Source of the DNA: Octopus sinensis
Lineage: Eukaryota
Length of the DNA: 64,000 nt
Reading direction: 5' to 3'
NCBI RefSeq assembly: GCF_006345805.1
Contig: NC_043009.1
Span: 12,028,001-12,092,000 of the forward strand
Shown here: one piece after another, positions 26,380 through 39,420 of the stretch
Layout of the letters: every line of letters begins with the position of its first letter
Numbering within the stretch: position 1 is the first letter of the stretch
Position numbers and translations under genes: made by a program
The notes under the pieces: generated by a model
Told to the model about the DNA's origin: nothing
Seen by the model: only the letters and a program-made list of their open reading frames with translations
Database searches by the model: none

Positions 26380-26415
26380 CATATATATATACATATATAT
26401 ATAATACATATATAC

Positions 26416-26448
<33 letters not shown>

Positions 26449-26526
26449 TACATATATATATATATACATATTTATATAAATGTATATATATATATGTATG
26501 TATACGTATATATATGTGTGTATGTG

Positions 26527-26575
<49 letters not shown>

Positions 26576-27545
26576 CACACACATACATATATACGTTTCG
26601 TTTATTTCTTTCAGTCATTTGACTGCGGCCATGCTGGAGCACCGTCTTGAGTCGAGCAAATCGACCCCAGGACTTATTCTTTGCAACCCTAGTACTTATT
26701 CTATGGGTCTCTTTTGCCGAACCGCTATGTTAAGAGGATGTAAACACACCACCATCGGTTGTCAAGCGATGTCGGGCGGACAAATACAGATACCCAAACA
26801 TATATATATATATATATAGTATATATATATAATATATATATATATATGAGTGTGAGTATATGCGTATACATGCATACTTACATACATCCATCCATCCATA
26901 CATATACAAATACATGCATACATACATACATACATACATACATACATACATACATACATACATACATACATACATGCATACATGCATGCATGCGTGCATA
27001 TATACATACATACACACACATAGATTCATACATACATACATGCATACACACACACATACATACATACATACATACAAACATACATACATACATACATACA
27101 TACGTACATACATACATTTGTGTTTATGTAAGTATGCGTGTACGCATGTATGCAAGCAAGTATGTGTACACATACGGGTGTATATATTGTATGTATTATG
27201 TATCAATATTTGTGTCCTGTTTTAATCTTTTTTTGTTTTTTGTCTTTTAAACTTTTCTATTTTCAAAACCGAATGAAAGTGAGAGAGAAAGCGAACTGAA
27301 ACCTATCCGCGTCCCCTGCACCTACACCGGCTCCATGCCTCCTCCCATGCCTCCCCTCTGTTGCTGCGCTGAGGGCTTCAAGACAGCTTTTACATGTGGG
27401 GGAAATAGAGACAGCGAATGGCAGCCGAGAGTATTGAGTGACACCGAAACCCGCCTAACCCCTACCTCTTTCCCTCTTTATTCCCACTGCACTGCTTTCT
27501 TTTCGATTCCTCTCTCTTCTAGCTCTCTCTCTCTATATATATATA
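25250..27545. repeat. Near-identical ~1.18 kb tandem duplication
   Basis: Anchors 25387/26572 and 26101/27279; visible differences mainly microsatellite lengths. Confidence 0.95.
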
Positions 27546-27559
27546 TATCTCTCTCTCCC

Positions 27560-27643
27560 TCCTCTCTGTTCTAGCTGTCTGTCTTTGTCTCATTTCTAGC
27601 TCTCTCTTTCTCACTCTCTCTGTCACTGTTCTAGCTTTCTATC

Positions 27644-27677
<34 letters not shown>

Positions 27678-27990
27678 ACTGTTCTAGCTTTCTTTCTCTC
27701 TCTCTCTGTTACTGTTCTAGCTTTCTTTCTCTCTCTCTCTCTCTGTGTTACTGTTCTAGCTTTCTATCTCTCTCTCTCTCTCCCTCTCTCTCTGTCACTT
27801 TCTAGCTTTCTATCTCTGTTCTAGCTCTCTCTCTCTCTCTGTTCCAGCTTTCTCTCTACTCTCTCTCTCTCTCCCTCTCCCTGTTCCAGCTTTCTCTCTA
27901 CTCTAGCTCTCTCTCTCCTCCTCTCTCTCTTCTAGCTCACTCGCTTTCCTCCTCCTCCTCCTCCTCCTCACTCTCTCTCTCTGTCTCTCT
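27560..27990. repeat. CT-rich minisatellite (CTCTCTGTTACTGTTCTAGCTTT units)
   Basis: Direct reading. Confidence 0.9.
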
Positions 27991-28249
27991 CTATCTCTCC
28001 AATTCCGCCCTTCACTCACCTTCTCTCTCTCTTTCTATTCTCCCTAATCTTTTCAATTCGGTAACCGTTACTGCAATCCTCTCCCACATCGAAAAAAAAA
28101 CACATAAACAAAAAACATATCAAAAAGTAAAGCAAATAAAATGGTAAGAAAAGAAGAATAAAAAGAAAAAAGCGCAAGACGGTGCGAGTCGACTAAGATT
28201 TGTGCCAGCTGTGACTACTGGTGATAGCTTGCATCGTCCTGTGCTCCAT

Positions 28250-28494
28250 GCAGTAGTAGTAGTAATAGTAGTAGTAGTAGTAGTAGTATGGTGGTAGTGG
28301 TAGTAGTAATAGTAGTAGTAGTAGTAGTAGTAATGGTGGTAGTGGTAGTAGTAATAGTAGTAGTGGTGGTGGTGGTGGTGGTGGTCGTCGTCGTCGTGGT
28401 AGGAGCATCAGGTCCTTTATGCAGTGTAAGTAGTAATAGTCAAGAGAAAGAGAATGATAACGATGATGATGATGAAGACGATGTTGACGACGAC

Positions 28495-28526
<32 letters not shown>

Positions 28527-28620
28527 CTACGACGATGATGATGATGATGACGACGACGATGATGATGATGATGACGACGACGATGATGATAAGGATGAGG
28601 ATGAGAGGATGAGAGGATGA
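28250..28620. repeat. Compound (GTA)n/(GGT)n/(GAT)n microsatellite
   Basis: Direct reading. Confidence 0.95.
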
Positions 28621-28937
28621 GAGGAGGTAGTAGAGGAGAAGGAGAAGGGCTCGCAAAAGCAACAGGAAAAAAAAACATGAAATCTGTGGATATGTAGAAG
28701 TACTGAAAGCAAAATTGTAGACTAGAATAAAACAACAACAACAAGCAAAAGCAACAGCAACGACAAGAACAACAACATCTAATATAGACACACCATCACT
28801 CTTCGACGAGGCAGTTCATTATTACGAAAAACGGACAAAACCTTTTGTAAACTTTCGTCCTGTTTTGTCCCTTTATGTTTTCCAATCATGTTTGTCAGCC
28901 CTTGTGGCCAATAAAAAGAATCGATTATTATTATTAC

Positions 28938-29002
<65 letters not shown>

Positions 29003-29003
<1 letters not shown>

Positions 29004-29150
29004 GTTTGACTTTTGCTTTATATTTGTACAAGTTGGCTCCAAGTCTCACCCAGAGACCTCAAGAGACAACAGGGTTGGAAGTTCATGTTGTTGTTATGCC
29101 TAGTGTGCCATATATTTGGGGGGTGGGGATGTTGTACTAATGAATGTCTA
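29003..29150 (-). mobile_element. ~150 bp (AAT)n-tailed retroposon 3' end
   Basis: Reverse-complement homologue at 43030-43185; both end ...GCAAAAGTCAAACAT before an (AAT)n run. Confidence 0.7.
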
Positions 29151-29198
29151 AAAAAAAAAAAAAAAAAGTTTTTTTTTTTTTTTAAACCGAAAATTATG

Positions 29199-29252
<54 letters not shown>

Positions 29253-29818
29253 GAGTGAGAGAGCAGTTCATGCCATCAAAGTGACACTGGGGTAAAATAT
29301 ATGAAGCCCAATATACCCATCATGACTACCCGTCTGATAAGGGTACACCAGGCACATGCATCACAACCATATGTGCGCGACATGGTGATCTCATATCAAG
29401 ATAAACAGCACATGACCTAGCAGGTGGGGCCTAGTTAGAATTTTCTTCAGGTTGAGTAGCCCATCCCGCTCAAAAGGTCCCCGAATAAGGGTTGTTTAAG
29501 GATGTTGAACGAACCACCCATGTTTCCAGAGGTGAATCATTCAAACCCCAAAGAATCCCTCTCAACACATGGCTATGATGCTCCCCCACTACTTCTGCTC
29601 GTGATCAGAGATGCACATATCGTCAGCCACTAAGGGACATGCTCAACTGGTTAAGGTCAAACAACTGACAAGCAAATCTGTGGTATTGAGCAGAATATTT
29701 GCTGTAGCCCATCTTTTATACCAAGACAAAACAATGTACATGATAACACTTCAAATCAGTTAAGATCAGAAACCATGAGAGCCACTGCCTGGTACTGCAT
29801 CAGGGCATTTTACTGCAT
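29253..29818 (-). mobile_element. (AAT)n-associated element, full copy
   Basis: Complete from AAATGCCCTGATGCAGTACC to CTCTCTCACTC(AAT)n; short duplications of its 5' end at 29810-29837. Confidence 0.9.
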
Positions 29819-29835
29819 CAGGGCATTGGTACTGC

Positions 29836-29958
<123 letters not shown>

Positions 29959-29977
29959 GTAATGATAATAATAATAA

Positions 29978-30725
29978 TGAAAGGATGTACTGAGGCATTG
30001 ATATGCAGTGCCCAGGAACAATCTCTGAGAACTAATTACACCAATTTCCAAATAGATAAAGAGCAGCGAATCGCCCTTTTGTAGGATGTGTGACAGCAAA
30101 AGTGAAAGAATCTCGTATATTGTTAGTGAGTGTAGCAAGCTGGACCAAAAGCACTTCAAAAGGAGGCACGGTAATGTGGATAAGTTTGTCCACTGGAAGC
30201 TATGTGAAAACTACGGCCTGGACAGAGCACGGAAATGGTACGAACATGAAGCAGAAGGAGTAACTGAGAACAATGAATATAAGATACTGTGGAATGTTGC
30301 AATCCGTTGTGACTCCCTAATCGATGCTCGGAGACCAGATGCTGTTGTGGTAGATAAAGGAAAAAAGGAAACCAAGATTATAGATATTGCAATACTTGGA
30401 GATGCAAGCATAAGTGACAAAGAACTAGAAAAGATTGAGAAGTACGGACTACTAAAAGACGAAATTGCAAGAATGTGGACTATGAGGAGAGTGTCTGTGA
30501 TTCCAGTAGTTGTAGGAACACTAACAAACAAGTTCGAGAAATATGTCAGAGAAATCGGAATTCACATGAGAGCAGAGCCAGCCCAAAAAACTGCACTGCT
30601 GGAGACAGTACTTGGATGCTGAATATCTCCCACAATAATTAACAGACAAGTATCAAAGCTTATAATGTACGGAAAGAGACCCTGAAAGACCTCTGACGCA
30701 GGCTGCTGTCCTCTCTCACAAAATC
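29978..30725 (+). mobile_element. R4/Dong-like 3' fragment: zinc knuckle, RLE and 3' UTR
   Basis: CRMCDSKSERISYIVSEC; RRHGNV; WKLC; ILWNVAIRCD; RRPDAVVVDK; IIDIAI; EKIEKYGLL; IPVVVG; QKTALL. Preceded by a long (AAT)n run, followed by an (AAC)n tail. Confidence 0.9.
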
Positions 30726-30734
30726 TACCAGAGC

Positions 30735-31292
30735 AACAACAACAAACGCTCTGATGCAGTACCAGGCCCTGGCATTCATGGCTTCTGACCTTAACTGATT
30801 GGAAGTGTTATCGTGTACATGTTTTGTCTTGGTATAAAACATGGGCTACAGCAAGTATTCTGCTCAATACCACAAATTTGCTTTCTATTGTTTGACCTTA
30901 ACCAGTTGAGCATGTCCCTTGGGGCCTGACAATATTTGCATCTCTGATCAAGAGCAGAAGAAGTGAGGAAGCAGCATGACCATGTGTTGAGAGGAATTCT
31001 TTGGGGTTTGAATAATTCACCTCTGGAAACATGCCTGTTTCGTTCATCATCTTTAAGCAAAGCTTATTCAGGTATGTTTTGAGTGGGAAGGACTACTCGA
31101 CCTGAAGAAAATTCAAACTGAGCCCCACCTGCAAGGCCATGTGCTGTTTATCTTGAAATAAGATCAACCTGTCACGCACATATGATTGTGGTGCATGTGC
31201 CTGGTGTGCCCTTATCGGATGGGTTGTCATGATAGGCTTACTGAGCTTCGTATATTTATACCCCAGTGTTACTTTGATGACATGCACTGCTC
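30735..31292 (+). mobile_element. (AAT)n-associated element, full diverged copy
   Basis: Inverted relative to 29253-29818; ends CTCTCTCACTC(AAC/AAT)n. Confidence 0.88.
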
Positions 31293-31308
31293 TCTCACTC
31301 AAAACAAT

Positions 31309-31357
<49 letters not shown>

Positions 31358-31399
31358 ATAATAATAATTCAATTGCAAATAGTAACGGAGAAAATGAGT

Positions 31400-32312
31400 C
31401 ACCTTGGAAGATTCCCCTTTTAATATTAACTTCTCCAAGGAATACATTGAGTACAATTTGGTTTTCCACTCAGACATGCTATGCATCAGAGAATTTGTGA
31501 TGTCAGCAACACCAAACATCTGCAGGCATCCAAGAATGAGGCATCATATCATATGCCTTCTTAAAGTCAATCCAAGCCATAAACATGTTTGTGTGATGTT
31601 TTTCACAATGCCTCAAAACTGTTTTATCGATGACCAGGTGATTCTTGGTATCCTGAGAACTCTTCCTACATCCTTGTTGTTCCCTTGGTAGTATTTCTTC
31701 CTGTTCCAGGAAAGTGTATGTCATTGCCGCACATATTCCAATTAGTATCTCCCAGATTATGCGTAGGCATGGTATGAGACGGTAGATTCCCACAATATTC
31801 CCCTTTCTTCTATCTTTCATTATAAGTGTTGTCCTCCCAGTCACCACCCACGCGGGGTCTGTACCTTTCTGGACACACTCATTCAATTGGGCTACTAGTC
31901 TTTCATGCAGCCAGAAACCATGAATCCCATCTGGTCCGGGGGCTTTCCAGTTAGGCACTTTACCCACTTGTTCTTTCACATCACCCGTGCTTATGACAAT
32001 ATTCCTTTGTTTCTTTCCTCCCTGTAATTCTGTCTTGATAGTTCCTATCCACATTGCATCCCTTTTATGCAGAACTCCTTGGCTTGATTTGCATCAGGCG
32101 CATCATTTTCCCCATCGTCTCCTTCTAACGTTCGGAAGAATTGCTTCGGGTTATTTTTAAACAATCCGTTCTCTTCGAACTGCTTATTTCTGTTCAGAAA
32201 TCTTCTGGCTTTTTGCTAAGATCCTCTGTTTTAACTGCTCTATTACTGCATCAGACCCGTTCTTCCGTATTTTACATTTCTTCCCTCGGTCGTTCTTTTT
32301 CTCATTTTTCCA
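31400..32312 (-). mobile_element. R4/Dong-like RT N-terminal fragment
   Basis: VPNWKAPGPDGIHGFW; TGRTTLIMKD; YRLIPCL; EQQGCRK; WIDFKKAYDMMPHSW; RGIFQGDS. Confidence 0.9.
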
Positions 32313-33614
32313 GTTAAATCCACTTAACATCATCTACATTCGTTATTAAAGTAGAAGGAACACTTATGGGACCACTCGACTTGTTAGAAATACCAGCTCA
32401 ATTTCTCTGAAAATGCTCAAAATACTTCCAAAGACACATCGGATAACATAATTCTAGACTATGTTATGTAAACAAAAAATACTGCTTTCAAATTTTTCAC
32501 ACAAAGCCAGCAATTTCAGGGAGGGGATAAGTCGATTACATCGACCCAGGTACTCAACTGGTACTTATTCTTATTTCTTTATTGCTCACAAGGGGCTAAG
32601 CACAGAGAGGACAAACAAGGACAAACAAAGGGATTAAGTCGATTACATCGACCCCAGTGCGTAACTGGTACTTATTTAATCGACCCCGAAAGGATGAAAG
32701 GCAAAGTCGACCTCGGCGGAATTTGAACTCAGAACATAACGGCAGACGAAATACCTATTCCTTTACTACCCACAAGGGGCTAAACACAGGGAGGACAAAC
32801 AAGGACAGACATAGGGATTAAGTCGATTATATCGACCCCAGTGCGTAACTGGTACTTATTTAATCGACCCCGAAAGGATGAAAGACAAAGTTGACCTCGG
32901 CGGGATTTGAACTCAGAACGTAGCGGCAGACGAAATGCGGCTACGCATTTCGCCTGGCGTGCTAACGTTTCTGCCAGCTCGCCGCCTTATTCTATCGTTC
33001 TCGGTGGAGTTTGAACTGCGCACGTGAAGACGGATGAAAAACCTCTAAGCATTTCGCCCGACGTGTTAACGATTCTGCCAGCTCGCCGCCCAATATGAAC
33101 GAAAAATATTGAGAAGAAGACCAAATAAATGGTAAAGAAAAGAAAAAACGCAAGTTGGTACGATTCGACTAAGGTTAGTGCCGGCCGCGACTACTAATGA
33201 TGGCTTGCGTTGGCCCTGTACTTTAATTTATCGATTAGTCAAGAGGGAAAAGCAACGTCCACAACATTACTACTGCCTCCGGATCTGATTAACAAGAAGA
33301 AAGGTTCCCCGAAGAGGGAGATCTGACCTGAATGCATGCACCAAGCGGATCCCGTAAAGAACATCCAAGAACATTTGGTGGTGCTGTACTAGGCAACAGA
33401 TTAACTCTACTTCCCAGATACTTTATATCTAAAGGCGGCTTGTTTAGCCCCTTGTGGGTTGTAAAGAAATATGTATTTCGTCTGCCATTACGTTCTGAGT
33501 TCAGATTCCGCCGAGGTCAACTTTGCCTTTCATCCTCTCGGGGTTGATTAAATAAGTACCAGTTACACACTGGGGTCGATGTAATCGACTTAATCCGTTT
33601 GACTGTCCTTGTTT
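32313..33614. repeat. Segmental duplicate, copy 1 (unique DNA plus nested SINE A copies)
   Basis: Collinear with 36353-37437 from GTTAAATCCACTTAACATC to GACTGTCCTTGTTT; copy 1 carries one extra SINE unit. Confidence 0.92.
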
Positions 33615-34740
33615 TGGAGCTGGATGACATTCTACACAGAGAAAAGAAAGTCAAGGTCAGCGAGGCGCATCAAAAAATGGTGAAGATGGTGTTGAAATCT
33701 AGTCTGAATGCCAAAAATCTGATAACAGCAATGAATATCTGGGCAGTTGTGGTGGTCAGATATAGTGCGTCCGTCCTCAAATGGACTAAGGAGGAAATAT
33801 CAACACTTGTTAGGAGGACGAGAAAGTTGATGACGCTGCAAGGAGCGCTACACCCTAAAGCCAACGTAAACAGAATGTATATGAAAAGAAAGAATGGTAG
33901 CAGAGGACTAATTAGTATAGACCATTGTATAAGAAGTGAAAGGAGAACGCTTGCTGAGTATTTGATAGATAGTGATGAAGACCTGTTGCAATATGCCGCG
34001 AACGATATGGGTGAAATTATGGGCAAGGAAGAGTTTAACCAAAGAGCTGAGGGGAAGAGAAAAGAAGACCTTCTTGAAATGAGAATGCATGAAGAGTGTA
34101 AAAGGAATACACTGGACGTTAAGGACAATACAGCATCGTGGGCATGGCTTGAGCGAGGTGATTTGAAGCATACCACCGAAAGCCTGATCACTGCTTCACA
34201 GGACCAGGTTCTCGCTACCAATTCAGTGAGGTATAGCATCTATAAAACTTCTGACACCCAGAAATGCAGACTCTATGAAAAGAGTGTGGGGAAAATGTGA
34301 CCCACTTGGTAAGTGGATGTGAGAGCCTTGCACAAAAAGAAAATAGCGCCGCCACGATAAAGTGTGTGTGTATTTTCAATGGCTCTTATGCCGGAAATAC
34401 GAATATGAAGTAACAGAGAACTGGTATGAGCATGTATGGAAAAGTAACGATACTCTGGGACTATGATTTTCAGACAGATCGTGTAATCGAACACCAGGAT
34501 ATTTTCATATTGAATAAGGGAGACAAATACTGTCAGATCATTCATGTAGCCATACTAAATGACATGAATGTTGTGAGTAAAGAGGTTGAAAATTTCACCA
34601 AGTACTCCGGATTGAAAGTGGAACAGGCAAGACTGTGTGGAATGCGAGAGGGTAATGTAAAAGGGATACCAGTGGTGATCTGAGCGTTGGGCTAAATCCC
34701 ATTGAAACTTCAAGACTTCTTAAGGCAACTGGAAATCATA
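33615..34740 (+). mobile_element. R4/Dong-like fragment: RT thumb, zinc knuckle and RLE, decayed
   Basis: VLKSSLNAKNLITAMNIWAV; LHPKANVNRMYMKRKNGSRGL; ESLITASQDQVLAT; KCRL; ILWDYDFQTDRVIEH; IPVVI. Confidence 0.9.
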
Positions 34741-34872
34741 ATCATGTGTTGAGAGGAATTCTTTGGAGTTTCAGAAATTCACCTCTGGAAACAAGGGTGT
34801 TTTGTTCAACATTCTTAAACAACTCTTATTCGGGGACCTTTTGAGCGGGATGGGTTATTCAACATGAAGAAA

Positions 34873-34923
<51 letters not shown>

Positions 34924-35468
34924 GAGTGAGAGAGCAACGCATGCCATCAAAGTGATACTGGGGTAAGATATCCGAAGCCCAATATACCCATCATGACTAC
35001 CCATCTGATAAAGGTACACCAGGTACATGCATTACAACCTTATGTGCGCAACATAGTGATCTCATATCAAGATAAACAGCGAATGACCTTGCAGGTGGGG
35101 TCCAGTTAGAATTTTCTTCAGGTCAAGTAGCCCATCCAGCTCAAAAGGTCCCCGAATAAGGGTTGTTTAAGGATAATGATCGACACACCCATATTTCCAG
35201 GGGCGAATTATTCAAATCCCAAATAATTCCTCTCAACACATGACTATGATGCTCCACGACTACTCCTGATCAGAGTTGCACATATTGTCAACCACTTAGA
35301 GACATGCTCCACTGGTTAAGGACAAGCAGCTGACAAGCAAATCTGTGATACTGAGCAGAATATTTGCTGTAGCCCATCTTTTATACGAAGACAAAACATG
35401 TACATGATAACACCTCCACTGAGGTCAGAAGCCATGAGAGCCACTGCCTGGTACTGCATCAAGGCATT
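34924..35468 (-). mobile_element. (AAT)n-associated element, full diverged copy
   Basis: Both ends recognisable; (TTA)n on the left. Confidence 0.88.
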
Positions 35469-35525
35469 TATTGTTATTATGCTTATGATTATTATAAAGT
35501 TGTAGTACTATAATGGGTAGTTGTA

Positions 35526-35586
<61 letters not shown>

Positions 35587-35726
35587 CAGCAGCAGTAGCA
35601 GCAGCTGCAGTATAGAAGTGGATAGTCATATGCTACCTTATTTTTGTTGCTGTTGTGCTGATGCTGTTATTGTTGTTGTTGTTAAGCAACATGACGAGTA
35701 ATGGTGATTAGGTGACGGTCTAGGGC

Positions 35727-35903
35727 TTAGGGGTGGGAGACCCCAGACCTTGATGGGGTGGGAATAAAAAACTTTTGTCGTCTTGTTCGAACTTTGGTCG
35801 ACGGCTCTTCGTTGACGCCCGACACCACAGGGAGGTGGCCCTCGAAGTCGCTGGAAATGGAGATCTCCAGGCCCAAATTCTTGAACGGCTGCTGCTGCTG
35901 CTG
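35727..35903 (-). CDS. Candidate host exon (QQQPFKNLGLEISISSDFEGHLPVVSGVNEEPSTKVRTRRQKFF...)
   Basis: GC-rich non-repeat island downstream (minus strand) of a long polypyrimidine tract and tandem CAG acceptors; about 26 of the first 31 codons end in G/C. A second frame is also open. No homologue recognised. Confidence 0.4.
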   Translation of the reverse strand, partial: QQQQQPFKNLGLEISISSDFEGHLPVVSGVNEEPSTKVRTRRQKFFIPTPSRSGVSHP

Positions 35904-36352
35904 ATGATGATGATGTGGAGGAGGAGGAAGAGGGGGAGGAAGAAGAAGAAGGGGAGGAGGGGGAGAAGAGGAGGAGGGGGAGAAGAGGAGGAGAAGAGGG
36001 GAAGAGGAAGAGGAGGAGAAGGGGAGAAGAGGAGGAGAAGAGGGGAAGAGGAAGAGGAGGAGAAGGGGAGAAGAGGAGGAGAAGAAGAGGAGGAGGAGGA
36101 AGAGGATGTCCGAATCTATGACATATCTCATCCAGTTGATCATATGGTCAAAAGCGTGGCAGCCATGATTACCTTATCTTTTGTCAAATACAGAATATGT
36201 CGTGGAGCGATTCCTCCAAGATCGATCGACAATGTTTGGTTAAAATAAAAATATGTAACTGAATAAATAAACTTGTTGTTTGAGACGATCGAGGAAATCT
36301 GAGAAGTAAAACTGGTGGTCAGTTAAATTCCGTGACGTTGTATCTGTTCTTT

Positions 36353-37437
36353 GTTAAATCCACTTAACATCATCTACATTCATTATTAAAGTAGAAGGAA
36401 CACTTATGGGACCACCCGACTTGTTAGAAATACCAGCTCAATTTCTCTGAAAATGCTCAAAATACTTCCAAAGACACATCGGATAACATAATTCTAGATT
36501 ATGTTATGTAAACAAAAAATACTGCTTTCAAATTTTTCACACAAAGCCAGCAATTTCAGGGAGGGGATAAGTCGATTACATCGACCCAGGTACTCAACTG
36601 GTACTTATTCTTATTTCTTTATTGCTCACAAGGGACTAAGCATAGAGGGGACAAACAAAGGGATTAAGTCAATTACACCGACCCCAGTGCGTAACTGGTA
36701 CTTATTTAATCGACCCCGAAAGGATGAAAGGCAAAGTCGACCTCGGCGGGATTTGAACGTAGCGGCAGACGAAATACGGCTACGCATTTCGCCCGGTGTG
36801 CTAACGTTTCTGCCAGCAGGCCGCCTTATTCTATCGGTCTCGGTGAAGTTTGAACTGCGCACGTGAAAACGGATGAAAAACCTCTAAGCATTTCGCCCGA
36901 CGTGCTCGCCGCCCAACATGGACGAAAAATATTAAGAAGAAGACCAAGTAAATGGTAAAGAAAAGAAAAACGGAAGTTGGTACGATTCATTTAAGGTTTG
37001 TGCCGGCCGCGACTACTAACGATGGCTTGCGTTGGCCCTGTTTTTTAATTTATCGATTAGTCAAGAGGGAAAAGCAACGTCCACAACCTTACTACTGCCT
37101 CCGAATTTGATTAAAAAGAAGAAAGGTTCCCTGAAGAGGGAGATCTTACCTGAATGCATGCAGCAAAACGGATCCCGTGAAGAACATCCAAGAATATTTG
37201 GTGGTGCCGTACTAGGCAACAGATTAACTCTACTCCCCAGATAGTTTATATCTAAAGGCGGCGTGTTTAGCCCCTTGTGGGTAGTAAAGAAATAGGTATT
37301 TCGTCTGCCGTTACGTTCTGAGTTCAGATTCCGCCGAGGTCAACTTTGCCTTTCATCCTCTCGGGGTTGATTAAATAAGTACCAGTTACACACTGGGGTC
37401 GATGTAATCGACTTAATCCGTTTGACTGTCCTTGTTT
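36353..37437. repeat. Segmental duplicate, copy 2
   Basis: Collinear with 32313-33614. Confidence 0.92.
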
Positions 37438-37599
37438 GTTCCCTCTGTGTGTAGCCCCTTGTGGGCAGTAAAGAAATAAGATACTTTATATCGAAAGAGC
37501 AAAACCCATGCGTTCCCTTCGCGACACAGATTCTGCAGAACTAGGTTGGGTGTGAAAACCAACTTTAATGTATAAATATAGATTTTTTGAATCAGCAAT

Positions 37600-38073
37600 G
37601 TTGTGTTCGGTTAAGTCCCATATCGAGTGAAAAATCAATAAACTTATTCCTTATGGGGTTGTCCATTCAATCAGGATGAAACATCGATAAACCGATTCCT
37701 TATAAGATTTCCTAAGATTGGCTACAACCCATTTTCAACATTGACTTTTACCAATTTTGAAGTATTTTATTCAAACTTGATGCCCGCATTACTTAGGACT
37801 CATGGGATCTTTGAATGCTTTAAGTTCTCAAAAAAAAAAAAAAGAAAAAAAAAGAAAAGAAATCAATCAATGAGTGGAAAAATCTATAAACCGATTCTTT
37901 ATGGGATTTCCTTATCAAATTGTCTGCAACCCATTTTCAGCCAAACGTTTACCAATTTCAACGGATTTCGCTCAAATTTGATGTCAGTGTTACTTAGTTT
38001 CGTTTGAAACGAAGCGCTTGATTAGCTTAAAAATCCTAACTTTATCCCGGGCAACACCGGGTTATACGGCTAG
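37600..38073 (+). mobile_element. Non-autonomous Helitron-like element (3' end clear)
   Basis: Hairpin CCCGGGCAACACCGGG followed by TTATACGG-CTAG|T at 38070-38074; 5' end uncertain. Confidence 0.6.
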
Positions 38074-38148
38074 TCAATACTATAGTTGAGCAAAAAAATA
38101 CACAGGCGAATGGGTCCCAACCGCATTGTCTACATTTTGCAAAAACTT

Positions 38149-38561
38149 GGATCTTTTCCGTTTGAATAGCAGTTTTTTCTAGCGGTGTCATATGAAATTG
38201 TCACCCATAATTACAACCGTTTTAGGTTTAGGGTTAGTTAGGGTTAGGGTTAGGGTTAGGGGTGGGAGGAAGGGTGTTTTTTTCCTTCACAAATGTAAAT
38301 AAACCCAATCTGTTTCTTAAACGAGGGACATATTCATACGGCACAGAATGTTTTCACCTCAATAGACGTCATTGATTGGTTGAAATTGCAGAAATTGAAG
38401 AAAAAAAAACAACAAATATCTTACAAACTATAGAATTTTCTCAATAAAGCCAAGAGAAAAAGATGTTTTATAAACACATTCTACCAGTATACGAAGTTTA
38501 AAAGTGTTTAGTTAACTAGAAATTATTTTTTTAAAAACTGCCGTTCAAACCGAAAAGATCC
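38149..38561 (+). mobile_element. TTAGGG-bearing MITE, copy 2
   Basis: TIRs at both ends; internal telomere-like tract at ~38222-38262. Confidence 0.9.
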
Positions 38562-38989
38562 AAAGACTTTAATTAGCTACTAATATTTTAGTTAACTCCC
38601 TTGTTTTTAGATTTTTAAACAAACCTAGTGGGAGTCCTTACCTTCTTGGATAACATCAGTTAATAGAAGATTTTTTTCAACCAATTATATCATTATTACA
38701 TATATCAGAGTCTACAGCATGTGTATAAAGCTTGCGGGCCACTCCCCGGAGGCAACTTCCCTCTGGCTTTGTTGCTAAATAGAAGCACTTTGTTTAGCTG
38801 TTACGCAATGGATGTCGGGGTTACGTTTGCCGTCACTTGGTTCATTGTTCATCGTTTAGTTCAAACTCAATTTGTTGATAAAATCTTAGCTATCGCCTTT
38901 ATAGCGAACATATATTATGTGTCAGCACACACTTGCGTACGTACATGCATTCATGCATGCATGCGTACATACATACATACATACATACA

Positions 38990-39020
<31 letters not shown>

Positions 39021-39073
39021 GCATACATACATAGATACATAGATAGATACATACATACACATATGTGTATGCG

Positions 39074-39106
<33 letters not shown>

Positions 39107-39110
39107 GTAA

Positions 39111-39192
<82 letters not shown>

Positions 39193-39371
39193 TATATATA
39201 TATATATTATATATAAATATATATATATATTTGTGTGACCACAGTCGCATGGCTGAAACGAATAAAAGAGTAAAAGATTATATATATGTTTGTGTGTGTG
39301 TGTGTATATGTATATATATATATACATATATATATGTATGTGTATATACATACATACATACATACATACAT

Positions 39372-39420
<49 letters not shown>

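Noticed and set aside
28795-28845. TTCGACGAGGC...CGAAAAACG as a hammerhead
   Set aside because: Core and stem II too degenerate to support.
38222-38262. TTAGGG run as a telomere fusion or healing scar
   Set aside because: It is internal to a MITE and present in all three copies.
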